This document shows, in pieces, positions 47,421-57,299 of a DNA stretch of 64,000 nt (the stretch's first letter is position 1; each line of letters opens with the position of its first letter). Below the pieces are notes generated by a model. It worked only from the letters and a program-made list of their open reading frames with translations. It had not been told where the DNA came from and searched no databases. The DNA comes from Selaginella moellendorffii (taxonomy: Eukaryota; Plantae; Lycopodiophyta): positions 757,207-821,206 of the forward strand of contig NW_003314333.1 in the NCBI RefSeq assembly GCF_000143415.4, written 5' to 3'. Both the position numbers and the translations under genes were made by a program.

Positions 47421-48211
47421 TCATACGCATCTGTGAAACTGGTGGCCACCGACGAATCCGCCTTGCATCGATCTCCTCACGTTAGTTTCAAACTGTTTGG
47501 GGTTTGTTCTAAGCACCTCAGCGGCTTCCTGATTCAAAGGATCTTCCGGGTTTGGATCCTACGAGCAAACAAACTAAATTGGTATCTTAAGTAGAGAAAA
47601 CATGGATACTTACCAAGAAGAGGTACTGCAGGCCGTAGATGATCGAGTTTATGCTCAAGACTGGCTTCCAGTCCTCTCGGAGAATGTTGAGACAAACATT
47701 TCCTTCGAGGTCGATGTTGGGGTGATAGATCTGCTCAAAACTTCGTGTGAGCAAAGAAAAGAATGTAAAGAGGAGAGAAGACTTACTTTGGTCTTGCATT
47801 TTACTTTGGGAGCTTCGTGAGGATAGATTCCCGAGACCTGGAACGTGAAAACAAACAAACCTCCGCTGGAACAATCCAATCGATCAATCGATAGCAACAC
47901 TCACACGAAAAGAACTTACTGGTAGTAGCCTTCGTCCGGTCCGATAGTTATCTCGAAGTTGAGGAGATCATCCTTCCCGTTGGGGAATCTGATGGACGTA
48001 GATTTCGCCAAGTTGAGCTCACTGATATCTAGACAAAGAAAAGAAGAACAAGTTCTTTGTGAATGGATGAAGAAGGTGAGAGAGATTTCGTCGTTTTACC
48101 CTTTTGGACGCGCAACTCTCCGGGCGTTTGCTTCTTGCCGGCGCTGGGTTTGCCATTGGCGCCATCGGCAGCTTCCTTTTGCTTCTGCTTGACGCTGAAA
48201 AGCTTGATCAT
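47421..48211 (-). CDS. RCE1: RUB1/NEDD8-conjugating enzyme (Ubc12), 5 exons
   Basis: [12 protein letters not shown]...GELRVQKDISELNL...[34 protein letters not shown]...[12 protein letters not shown]...RCV*. Confidence 0.95.
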
Positions 48212-48801
48212 TATTGCCCCGGCGCCAAGCACTGGAATCGATCTCTCTCGCCGAAGACCTAAAACCACCGCCAGACCTAATTTGTCCCCCAAGCATTATG
48301 AGCGCGATGCCAAGGGTTTTGCTCCACCGTCATTCATCCACTAGAGCGCTGGACTCTCCAGGATCGATCGATAGATATCGGCGCAGGTAGATCGAAATGT
48401 TGCTAGATGGATATGTGTTGGCCAGATTATCGATGGTCACGGGGACGATTGATGGAGTGCTTGGAGATGCGATCGCCTGCTAACGTTCCAGTGAGTTTTG
48501 TTCTTGAAACATCAAAGGAAAAACCGCTTTTTTCAGGTATGCTACTAGCATTCGAGCGAATCCAGGATGCCTTGCGAAGTTTTCCCCGGAAGCTGATCAA
48601 TCTAGCACAGAAGCAGTGGCCTCGCGATCGATACACCAGTTACTACAAAATCCAGTTTTTTTCTAGAAAAAAAAAGAAACTAACATTGTGATGGTTCTTC
48701 AGGTATGCGTTTCTATGCATTCTAGCGAATCCAGGATGGTTGTTTATTGCGAGTCACACACACACCTCACAGATGCACAGTAAGTGTTTCCAGCACGCTC
48801 T

Positions 48802-49758
48802 CTAATGCTCCGAGCACGCAAACGTGTCTCCTCTTTGCAGGTTATCGAGAATCCCATTCAGGCTGTGCGCCTGGAAGGCGCAGTTCGAGCAAGTTGAGCT
48901 CCCATCGCTCACTGAACAAGCCGCGCAGTCCGACGCTCCCTGGTGCTGCACCAAGCAAACCGTGCCAACTTGCTGCTCCCACGACCCCGTGACCACGGTA
49001 TCCCACTCGTCACCGATCACGACCATGCTACGCTTCATCTCTGGAGAGAGCTGCAAGGACCTCGACCGCAGCGAGCCTCCAGCTCCCGGGCCGCTGAAAG
49101 CAACAACAGCAGCAGGTCCGCCGAGCGTTGCCGAGACGAGAACCGCGAGTCCGGCACCCAGGCTATGGCCAGTGAGCAGCAGCGATGCGTTTGGATACGC
49201 CTCCACAGCCTGGCGTGTGTAGCTCACACCTTGGGAGACGTAGTCGAGGCTCTGGTTGGAATAGGTGGAGAGGCAAGAGCTCAGGCTGGGAAGCGACACC
49301 CTTGGAAGCTCTCCAAACAGGATCCGATCGACGCACAGGTCTGCCTGGGTGGAGGTGCCCCGGAACGCAACCACAATGCGTTTGTGAGCGGAGGTGGTGT
49401 CTTCCTCGTACACTAGGCCCCGAGCTCCGGTGTTTGAGGAGGGCTCGAGTGTTGGGACTTTGGGGGATGGCTTCCAGCCGGGGACGGAGGCGGGCGTGGC
49501 CGAGAATCCATAGGCGTTGGAGGAGATTGTGACGAGCGGGGAGATGAAGAGTGCCAGGCGCTTGGGATCATACTGTGAGAGCTTGGAGACTTCGTCCCAC
49601 GCTTCTGGAGCTTCTTCGCTTGGTGGGATTTGTTTGGCTGAGCGGTGGTGGTGATGGCGGGCTAGAAGAACACTGGTAGTAACAATGGCGACCACAACCA
49701 AGAGCACGAGCAGGAGAGTGGTGCATTTGCAAACCATGGCTTTGGGATTTTTCTTCAT
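48802..49758 (-). CDS. Type II membrane-anchored class-3 lipase (alpha/beta hydrolase), Atg15-like
   Basis: N-terminal TM, IVVAFRGTS, nucleophile elbow LLTGHSLGAGLA, VAFSGPG, candidate catalytic D and H near the C-terminus; intronless. Confidence 0.8.
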   Translation of the reverse strand: MKKNPKAMVCKCTTLLLVLLVVVAIVTTSVLLARHHHHRSAKQIPPSEEAPEAWDEVSKLSQYDPKRLALFISPLVTISSNAYGFSATPASVPGWKPSPKVPTLEPSSNTGARGLVYEEDTTSAHKRIVVAFRGTSTQADLCVDRILFGELPRVSLPSLSSCLSTYSNQSLDYVSQGVSYTRQAVEAYPNASLLLTGHSLGAGLAVLVSATLGGPAAVVAFSGPGAGGSLRSRSLQLSPEMKRSMVVIGDEWDTVVTGSWEQQVGTVCLVQHQGASDCAACSVSDGSSTCSNCAFQAHSLNGILDNLQRGDTFACSEH

Positions 49759-50689
49759 TGGATCAAATTCTCACCTGTGTTCTCCCTGCGGGCCTGAGAA
49801 TTAGAGATTCACCGGATCTCACCTATCCCCGTTGCCTTTGTCAAAGCTTCCAACTCTTTTTCACTTTATAATGGTCTAGATTTTTCAGCTCTCTCTTGCT
49901 TTATAATATCTCGACTCTTACATTTCGAGTCTTCACAACATGAAACTATGGCGCCCATACTATTTTCTTAGAACTGAATTTTAAGATTCACAGATCTCAC
50001 CTATCGGCATTGCCTTGGTCAAAGTTTTATATCTTATGATCTAGCACCACACTTTTGGATTTCTTAGATTTTCTATTTCTTTCTTTATATTAATCTAGCA
50101 GTTTCTTAACAGAAGTTTAAAGATGCAGTTCACAAATTTATAGTTTTATCATCAACTCTGTGCAAAAGCGCAATCTCCAAGCGCTCTTGTTCAGCCTTTG
50201 GAATGGATTCTATAGTGAGAGAGAAATAATAAATTTCTAGAATGTTCTAGTATATGCCAGATATTCCTAGTAGTTTTCAACTACTTTTTTTTCGTTGGCT
50301 GACTATCGGAGAGGTAATGTTTATTTTAATATCATTGAAAAGTTCTGGAATGCTTTCACTTTTAAAAATCTTTTACCCTCCAGGCCCAATCTTCCTTTGC
50401 AGCGCACTGTTCCAAAGTGTAACCTTATATGATGCTTATGAGATATGATTAAAACTGTGACAGAGTATGTTGCGAGTACGTTCTATTTACTTTCAACTAC
50501 AGTTAACCTTCAAAGTTCTTGACAGCTTTTCCCAAAGAGATGCAAGTTCATAAGGAAATAGAAAAGAATGAAAACATACATTTGTAAAAGTAGTGCTCTC
50601 CTTTTGATATGGGATGCATGGAGTATGCAAGTTCGCTGCTGCTAAGTGAGTGACAATAGTGAGAAGCCACAAGCGTTGAGATCCGCTGA

Positions 50690-51277
50690 TCAATAAGCCG
50701 GACTGTTGAAGCTGTCTTGTCGAGGCCCTCGGATCCTCCCATACAAGCTAAACGCTGGTGCCTGGTTTGTCTTCGGCAAGAAGTACGCTCCCGGTCCTGG
50801 AGAATGAGGTCGCTCTCACGAGAAATCTTACCCCGGATGCTGAAAGATGGAGAGCTCCCTTCACTCTCGACGTTGTAAGCCCCCTGTCCCGGACTCCGGC
50901 TAGTCTGCTGGACTGGAACCTTTCCCGGCCTAGTCTCGAGTGGAAAATCATTCCATTCGTTGTTCTTCTTCACCAGGCCATAGATCGTAAGCGATGGACT
51001 CGTCCGCTGTGCATAGGACCGTCCATGGAAGATCTCGATGTGTAGGAGCCGGGGCTGGGGGTGTCACGTCCTGATAACTCGAGAAGCTTTTCTGCATCGA
51101 GAAGGATGGAGAGGAGCTCATGCGCTGCGGACTGTATGATCCCGGGCCGGGAGAGTTTGGAGTTCTTGGCGAGCTTTGTCTCGACTGCATGGTGAAAGCC
51201 GGGCCTCTGGGAAGCCGCACAGAGTAAGTACCGGGGCCTGGAAAATCGCTTTCTCGTGGAGACGTCGCCTTGCCAGT
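50690..51277 (-). pseudogene. Detached 3' segment of the SHIPPO/ODF3-like gene, including the likely original C-terminus
   Basis: Matches 57320-57947 and continues SPGPGAYFLPKTNQAPAFSLYGRIRGPRQDSFNSPAY* (stop 50690); frameshifted. Confidence 0.8.
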
Positions 51278-51677
51278 CTCTTGGAAAATATTAAAACATT
51301 CAATAACTAGAAAATGTATTTTTACCTTGGCACTATCAGCCAGTGCTGGTAATGGATCACTTGCAGAAGTAGTAGTCCCAACCTTAATACAAATTAATTA
51401 GATTAAATAATTATCTTGAAAATTCTGCCAGAATTCGTCCAGCCCGAAAGTTGGTGCGGGTCCTTATCTCCAAAATCGATCAATTAATCAATGCAATAAT
51501 TTTATAAAGAGTTTTAGCAAAAGTTTCAACATGCAATTCTAAATTGAATTCTTCCTCTATAATTTTGCTCCCGGACAAAAGAGTTAAAGCCACGGAGGCT
51601 TGAAAGATATCTGTCTCTTTACTTGCACAGTGAGACTACGATCAATAAATTCTGGCTTCCAGCCCCATCGCAAGACC

Positions 51678-53831
51678 ATGGATCGCCTTGCGCTCGGCCT
51701 ATCTCTTCTCTTCTCGTCTCTCCTTGTAAGTAGTTCTTTCCAACTTCTATCGTTCAATCGTTACTAAAGCTGGGGATTCCTGTTTGGCAGCTTTCCGAAT
51801 GCAGTGACATAATCTCCACGAGTTTCGCCGATGAAGCCTCGCCTCTGGGGGCATTCGAATCGGCTCGCTTCGGCGAGCAGATGAGAAGAGGCGTTTTCAC
51901 GGCCGATGCAAAGCTTTGCCACCGTGCAGGATTTTTTTGTCATCCTTATGGAAGGCATGGAGGCAATGCCCACTTTGGCGATGCTGCAGAGAAGACCGCC
52001 CTTGCAGCAAGCAAGCTCGGAGGGAATGCTCACTTTGGTGACTTCCATGACCGTGTACGCTCGCTGGAAGCCAGAGATCTTGGCGGCAATGCACACTTTG
52101 GTGACTTCAAAGATCATGGAGCTCTGGGTGGAAACGCTCACTTTGGTGACTTTCATAAGGATCACGGGCTTGGCGGAAATGCTCACTTTGGTGACACTGG
52201 ATTGGGTGGAAACGCGCACTTTGGTGACTTCAAAGACCACGGATCATTGGGTGGAAATGCACACTTTGGCGACTTCAAAGACCATGACTTGGGTGGCAAT
52301 GCCCACTTTGGCGATTTCAAATCATTGGGTGGCAACGCCCATTTTGGCGATTTCAAAGACCATGGTTTGGGTGGCAACGCGCACTTTGGCGATTTCAAAG
52401 ATCATGGTTTCGGTGGTAATGCTCACTTTGGTGACTTCAAAGACCAAAGTTTGGGTGGAAATGGTCATTTCAGAGACTTTAAATACCATGGATCATTGGG
52501 TGGTAACGCCCACTTTGGCGACTTCAAAGACCATGGTTTGGGTGGCAACACGCACTTTGGCGATTTCAAAGATCATGGTTTGGATGGTAATGCTCCCTTT
52601 GGTGACTTCAAAGACCAAAGTTTGGGTGGAAATGGTCATTTCGGAGACTTTAAATACCATGGATCATTGGGTGGTAACGCCCACTTTGGCAACTTCAAAG
52701 ACCATGGTTTGGGTGGCAACGCGCACTTTGGCGATTTCAAAGATCATGGTTTGGGTGGTAATGCTCACTTTGGTGACTTCAAAGACCAAAGTTTGGGTGG
52801 CAATGCTCACTTTGGCGACTTTAAGGACCATGGCAATGGAGACTTCAAAGGTTTAGGTGGCAATGCTCACTTTGGGGACTTCAAAGACCATGGTTTAGGC
52901 GTAAATGCTCACTTTGGTGATGCTTCTCTAGGTGGAAATGCTCACTTTGGTGACCACGGATTAGGAGGAAATGCTCACTTTGGCGATGCTTCTGTCAAAC
53001 CAAGCACTAGTTGCAAGAAGAACATGCCGCTGTATTTGATCCAGATTTTTACTGAGTACGAGGAAGAGGGTTATGGAGGAAGGAAGTCACTGCACTCTAT
53101 GGACTGGGCAACCATCAAAGCCTTAATAGCGAAATGCTCCCCTGGAATGCTCCATCACTTCTTCACACTGGAAGAACTCCGACAAAGAAACGGTAAGTCC
53201 AAACATTCCTTTTGCAAACTTATCTTCTTACTCGTACTTGTGTAAAATCTTGACAGGAACTGAAAGTGTCCTCCCAAACATCCGTGACACTTATCCTCCA
53301 CGGGCACTCCTGCCAAGCGCAATGGCTAAGCACACAAACTTCGGTAAGCGGAGCCTTGACTCATACTTGAAAGAGTTTAACGTCCCAAAGGAGTCTCCAC
53401 TGGCAAGAAAAATGGCTTTCACTCTGGAACTCTGCAATGACAATGCTGGGGGGAAGATGAAGTGTGTGGCTTCCATGGAAGAAATGGCCGAGTTCGTCAC
53501 CTCCACCCTTGGCCCTGTGGAGATTACCATGGTGACAGGAAGCAAGGCTTTTGCAGCCGAGGTTGGAAAACCTATCAAGCTTGGCGAGGTCAAGCCCATC
53601 ACGAAAGGCGACACTCTTATGGTCGTCTGCCACACAACTATGTTTCCATACAAAGTTTACTTCTGTCACAAGGTGAGTAGCACCAGCGCTTCCAAAGTAA
53701 ATGTGAAGACCAGCAGTGGCATGGAGCTCACTCCAAACGTTCTGTGCCACAAGATGGGCAAGACTTATGTTTGTCACTGGTTTGTGGAAACGGTCATTAT
53801 GTTCGTTCCCACTGCCACTGTCTATGCTTGA
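51678..53831 (+). CDS. Secreted BURP-domain protein with 24 GGNAHFGD-type repeats; candidate fused burpitide (RiPP) precursor-cyclase of PG1beta ancestry. Exons 51678-51725, 51791-53192, 53257-53831
   Basis: Signal peptide MDRLALGLSLLFSSLL|LSECS; PG1beta-like ASPLGAFESARF...LCHRAGFFC; repeat array; BURP start HFFTLEEL...LPNIRDTYPPRALLP; TLELC...KCVASMEEMAEFVTSTLG; four CH motifs (VCH-x10-CH-x25-CH-x7-CHWF). Both introns are GT-AG and keep the frame. Confidence 0.92.
51959..52987 (+). repeat. Coding tandem array: 24 x 24-nt core with variable spacers and a 171-bp higher-order duplication (52445-52615 ~ 52616-52786)
   Basis: Core ggN-ggN-aaY-gcN-caY-ttY-ggN-gaY with synonymous variation; CAA-AGT units at 52445 and 52616 are 171 bp apart. 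Confidence 0.92.
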
Positions 53832-53846
53832 TTGTATCTAAAAAGC

Positions 53847-53945
53847 TAATAATGATGATGATGTTAATAATAATAATAATAATAAATTTACGCATTAAAA
53901 CATTTTTAATAATAATAATACTAATAATCCTAATCATAATACTTA
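53847..53945. repeat. (ATA/ATG)n low-complexity tract 3' of the BURP gene
   Basis: Directly visible. Confidence 0.75.
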
Positions 53946-54104
53946 TTGGTTTTGGGGTTAACAAAGAAATTATTTGAAATTATTTTTATTTTAAAATATT
54001 TTAAAATATTAAACAACTTCATTATTTTTAAACACATTTAAACTAAACATAGTTATGGTAGTCATAACGTACTTTGGACGCGCGGCTGCCACTTGGCCTC
54101 GTTG

Positions 54105-56347
54105 AGGATTCCATTACGTCCAAAGGAGAACTTTCCAGGACCAGGAACTGACGACGTTGTGTCGAGGCCGAGCTCGCCATCCTTCTCTCTCGGCACTCGC
54201 CGTTTTGTTCCGGAGGACAAAACAGAAAATCCAGGGCCAGGAGCGTACAGGATCATAGGGAAGCCACACGGCCCGCATTTTTCAATCACTGGCAAGCCCC
54301 GAGACTCGTCACCCCGCTCGAGAAGTCAATGTCCCGGAGCCTACAAGTACGAGAATGGAACCATCGGCTATGGTCTACCAGCTTTCACCATCACTGGCAA
54401 GGCGACGTCTCCACGAGAAAGCGATGTTCCAGGCCCCGGTACTTACTCTGTGCGGCTTCCCAGAGGCCCAGCTTTCACCATGTAGTCGAGACAAAGCTCA
54501 CCGAGAACTCCACACTCTCCCAGCCCGGGATCATACAGTCCGCAGCACAGGATGCGAGAAGAGTTATCAGGACGTGACACACCCGGCCCCGGCTCCTACA
54601 CCTCGAGATCTTCCATGGACGGTCCTTCCTTCAGCATGCACGGCCGACTTAGTAGCCCGGCTTCTTCCACTTCCAGGAGCAGCTCTCCGGGACCTGGAGT
54701 GTATACGATCTCTTCCAGGCCAACGAGTCCAAGCCAAAGTTCTTAGGAGGGAGTGGATTCTTTTGAGCTAGATAAAAATTCTTCCTCCACCATCACCATC
54801 ACTATAATTTTTCTTCCATGGTAGCAATAACAACTTTCTAGTGAGCTCTAGGAACTCTCACACTAGCATGGGAACAAGAGCGCCTCAACTAGAGTGTCAG
54901 TGATTAGCTATAAAAGCAAGCAGGATGGTGCTAGCGTCCAGTCCAAGAAGCTCGAGCCTCTAATCACAACCATGGCAGAGAAATCGACACAAAGAACGTT
55001 GCGCTAGACACTTCCAGTTTGGTTTCCACAAACTTTGGAAAGCTGGCTACTTTGTGTGTCAGTGTTGGGACTGGGGCTAGGATGGTACTCGCCGAAGTCC
55101 CAGCCATCTTCGCCAGCTTTCTCGATGGGAAGCTGGCTTGGCGATGGCAAGAGGTGTCACAGTCCTGGACCGGGAGCACACAACGTAAAGAGGAGGCCGG
55201 ACTGTCCAGCCTACACAATGTCTCCTCGGTTTAGAGACGCTGCAAAGGACCGGAGTCCCGGGCCAGGGCAGCACAATCTTCCTGGAACTTTTGGTGGTCC
55301 GGCTTATATCATGGCACGGCGGTTTAACTCGCCTCCCGGAGCTCACAGCGAAGCCATTTGCTTCTTTGTTTCCATCCTAGGCAAAGGTGCCGGCCCGAGG
55401 TGAGAGACAAACACTAGCTGGACCAAGACCGCAGTTGAAGGTTGGTTGAATGCTCATGCAAACGTTCCTGGTCACGGGGTTTATTCCAGCTACAGGCCCG
55501 AGCAGCTGCCGAAGAAGAACAAGGAGAAGTAAAAGGAAGTTGGCTACTTCATCGTCAAGGTGAATCCGAAAGGACCGGCTTACAAGATCACAAAGACGGG
55601 GACCTTCTTGATGCCGGAACCAGATGATCCGGCTTTCAATCCAGAGAGAGGGGAGTCAGGAAGAAGGGACTCTGGCAATGTAGGCAGGAGAGATTCCAGC
55701 TCCAGGAGAAGATCCAGTTTATCTCCAAGGCGGTCGTCGAGTCCTCCACAATCAGATCCAACTCCGGGACCAGGAAGATACCATGACACCGAGTTTCAAA
55801 CAAACGGTCCCTGGAGAACTATCAAGTCGAATTACGTCCAAAGGAGAACTTTCCAGGACCAGGGACTGACAACGTTGTGTTGAGGCTGAGCTCGCCACCC
55901 TTTTCTCTCGGAGGACAAAACAGAAAATCCAGGGCCAGGAGCGTGGCAAGGTGACGTCTCCACGACAAAGCGATGTTCCAGGCCCTGGTACTTACTCTCT
56001 GCGGCTTCCCAGAGGCCCGGCTTTCACCATGCAGTCGAGACAAAGCTCGCCAAGAACTCCAAACTCCCCCGGCCCGGGATCATACAGTTCGCAGTGCAGG
56101 AGCTCCTCTCCATCTTTCTCGATGCGAGAAAAGCTTCCTGAGTTATCAAGACGTGACACCCAGTTACACCTCGAGATCTTCCATGGACGGTCCTTCCTTC
56201 AGCATGCATGGCCGACTTAGCAGCCAAGCTTCTTCCACTTCCAGGAGCAGCTCTCCGGGACCTGGAGCATATACGATCTCTTCCAGGCCAACGAGTCCAT
56301 CATTTATGCTGTATGGCCCGGGAAGAAGAACAATGATTTTCCAGGGC
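54105..56347 (+). pseudogene. Three tandem, permuted, inverted pseudogene fragments of the SHIPPO/ODF3-like gene (about 54105-54745, 54746-55940, 55945-56347)
   Basis: Reverse-complement matches to about 57610-58237, 58100-59380 and 57555-57945; premature stops at 54483 and 55401, plus deletions. Confidence 0.85.
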
Positions 56348-57299
56348 CCTTTATTAAATTAAATTTTCATTTATGTTTAGCCTTAGAGAGTGTTTTGTGG
56401 TTATCAATGGAAGTTATATTAAACTTATTTAAATTAAATTGAAATAAAAAATTAAATTCCATTTTTTATCCTCTTCCACCACTATGGAAGGATGAAAAAT
56501 TAATAATTCCATTTGTCAGGGAGAAAACTATGACAGAGTTAGATTATAATCTATAAACTAGGGGAGAAATGTCTCTTAAAATGCTATTCCACATATATTG
56601 TAAATATGTTTATTCAAAAATAGTGAAAACAAGAAGGATATATAGCTTTATGTATAGTTTAGAAAATGCCAAAAAAGATATAACAATTTACACTTAACTG
56701 TGATGTAATATTTTAACATTTGTATAACTTTACATTTTGGGACAATCAAAGTAAAAAGTGGAAAGATCTTTGAGAAAGCTTTTGAGTGTTATAAAATGCA
56801 AGAAGAAATCACTTTACAAAATATATAAAAAAAGTTTTTATATATATATTTATTGAGTCAATACACAAGAGTTATAATGATCTCATTAAAATTTGCACAT
56901 GATGAAGTCAAAGAGCGATAACAACACTCTAAATTTCTAAATAGTTGGTATATTATAGGAGATGTTTAAGTTGGAGGACCGTCCTATGCTTTTGGATAGA
57001 TTCTCAAGGTCTTTAGCTTGGACACCTGAGACAATGTTTGTACTTTTTGGAGACTCTAATTGGGCGGAAGCCAGAACGTGGACAATAGACGATGTGGAGC
57101 AAATAATATTAAATAACACAGAGGGACTTAATTGAGTAGGAAACCTGCTGCTGAAGAATATGAAGAGGTGGTGAACAAGAGGAAACAACATCCTCAATCC
57201 CCAAGAAGTGGCCGGCTTGGAAAGAGAAGAAAAATATAGAGCTTCTTCATACCAGCACTAAAAAACAATTGTAAACAGGGACAAATATAACTTCTCATT

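Noticed and set aside
48533-50025. Short imperfect direct repeats flanking the lipase (48533/48698; 49795/49975)
   Set aside because: Small local duplications with no TIR/TSD structure or evident function.
51906-52856. 316-aa alternative-frame ORF over the BURP repeats
   Set aside because: Shadow of the repeat; the synonymous variation fits the GGNAHFGD frame.
51959-52987. Repeat-spacer pattern resembling a CRISPR array
   Set aside because: The repeats are in-frame codons with third-position variation inside a spliced eukaryotic gene, the spacers are related to each other, and there are no cas genes.
14853-53831. UGTs, lipase and BURP as one biosynthetic gene cluster
   Set aside because: The UGTs are about 25 kb away with many housekeeping genes between them, and nothing in the sequence links them.
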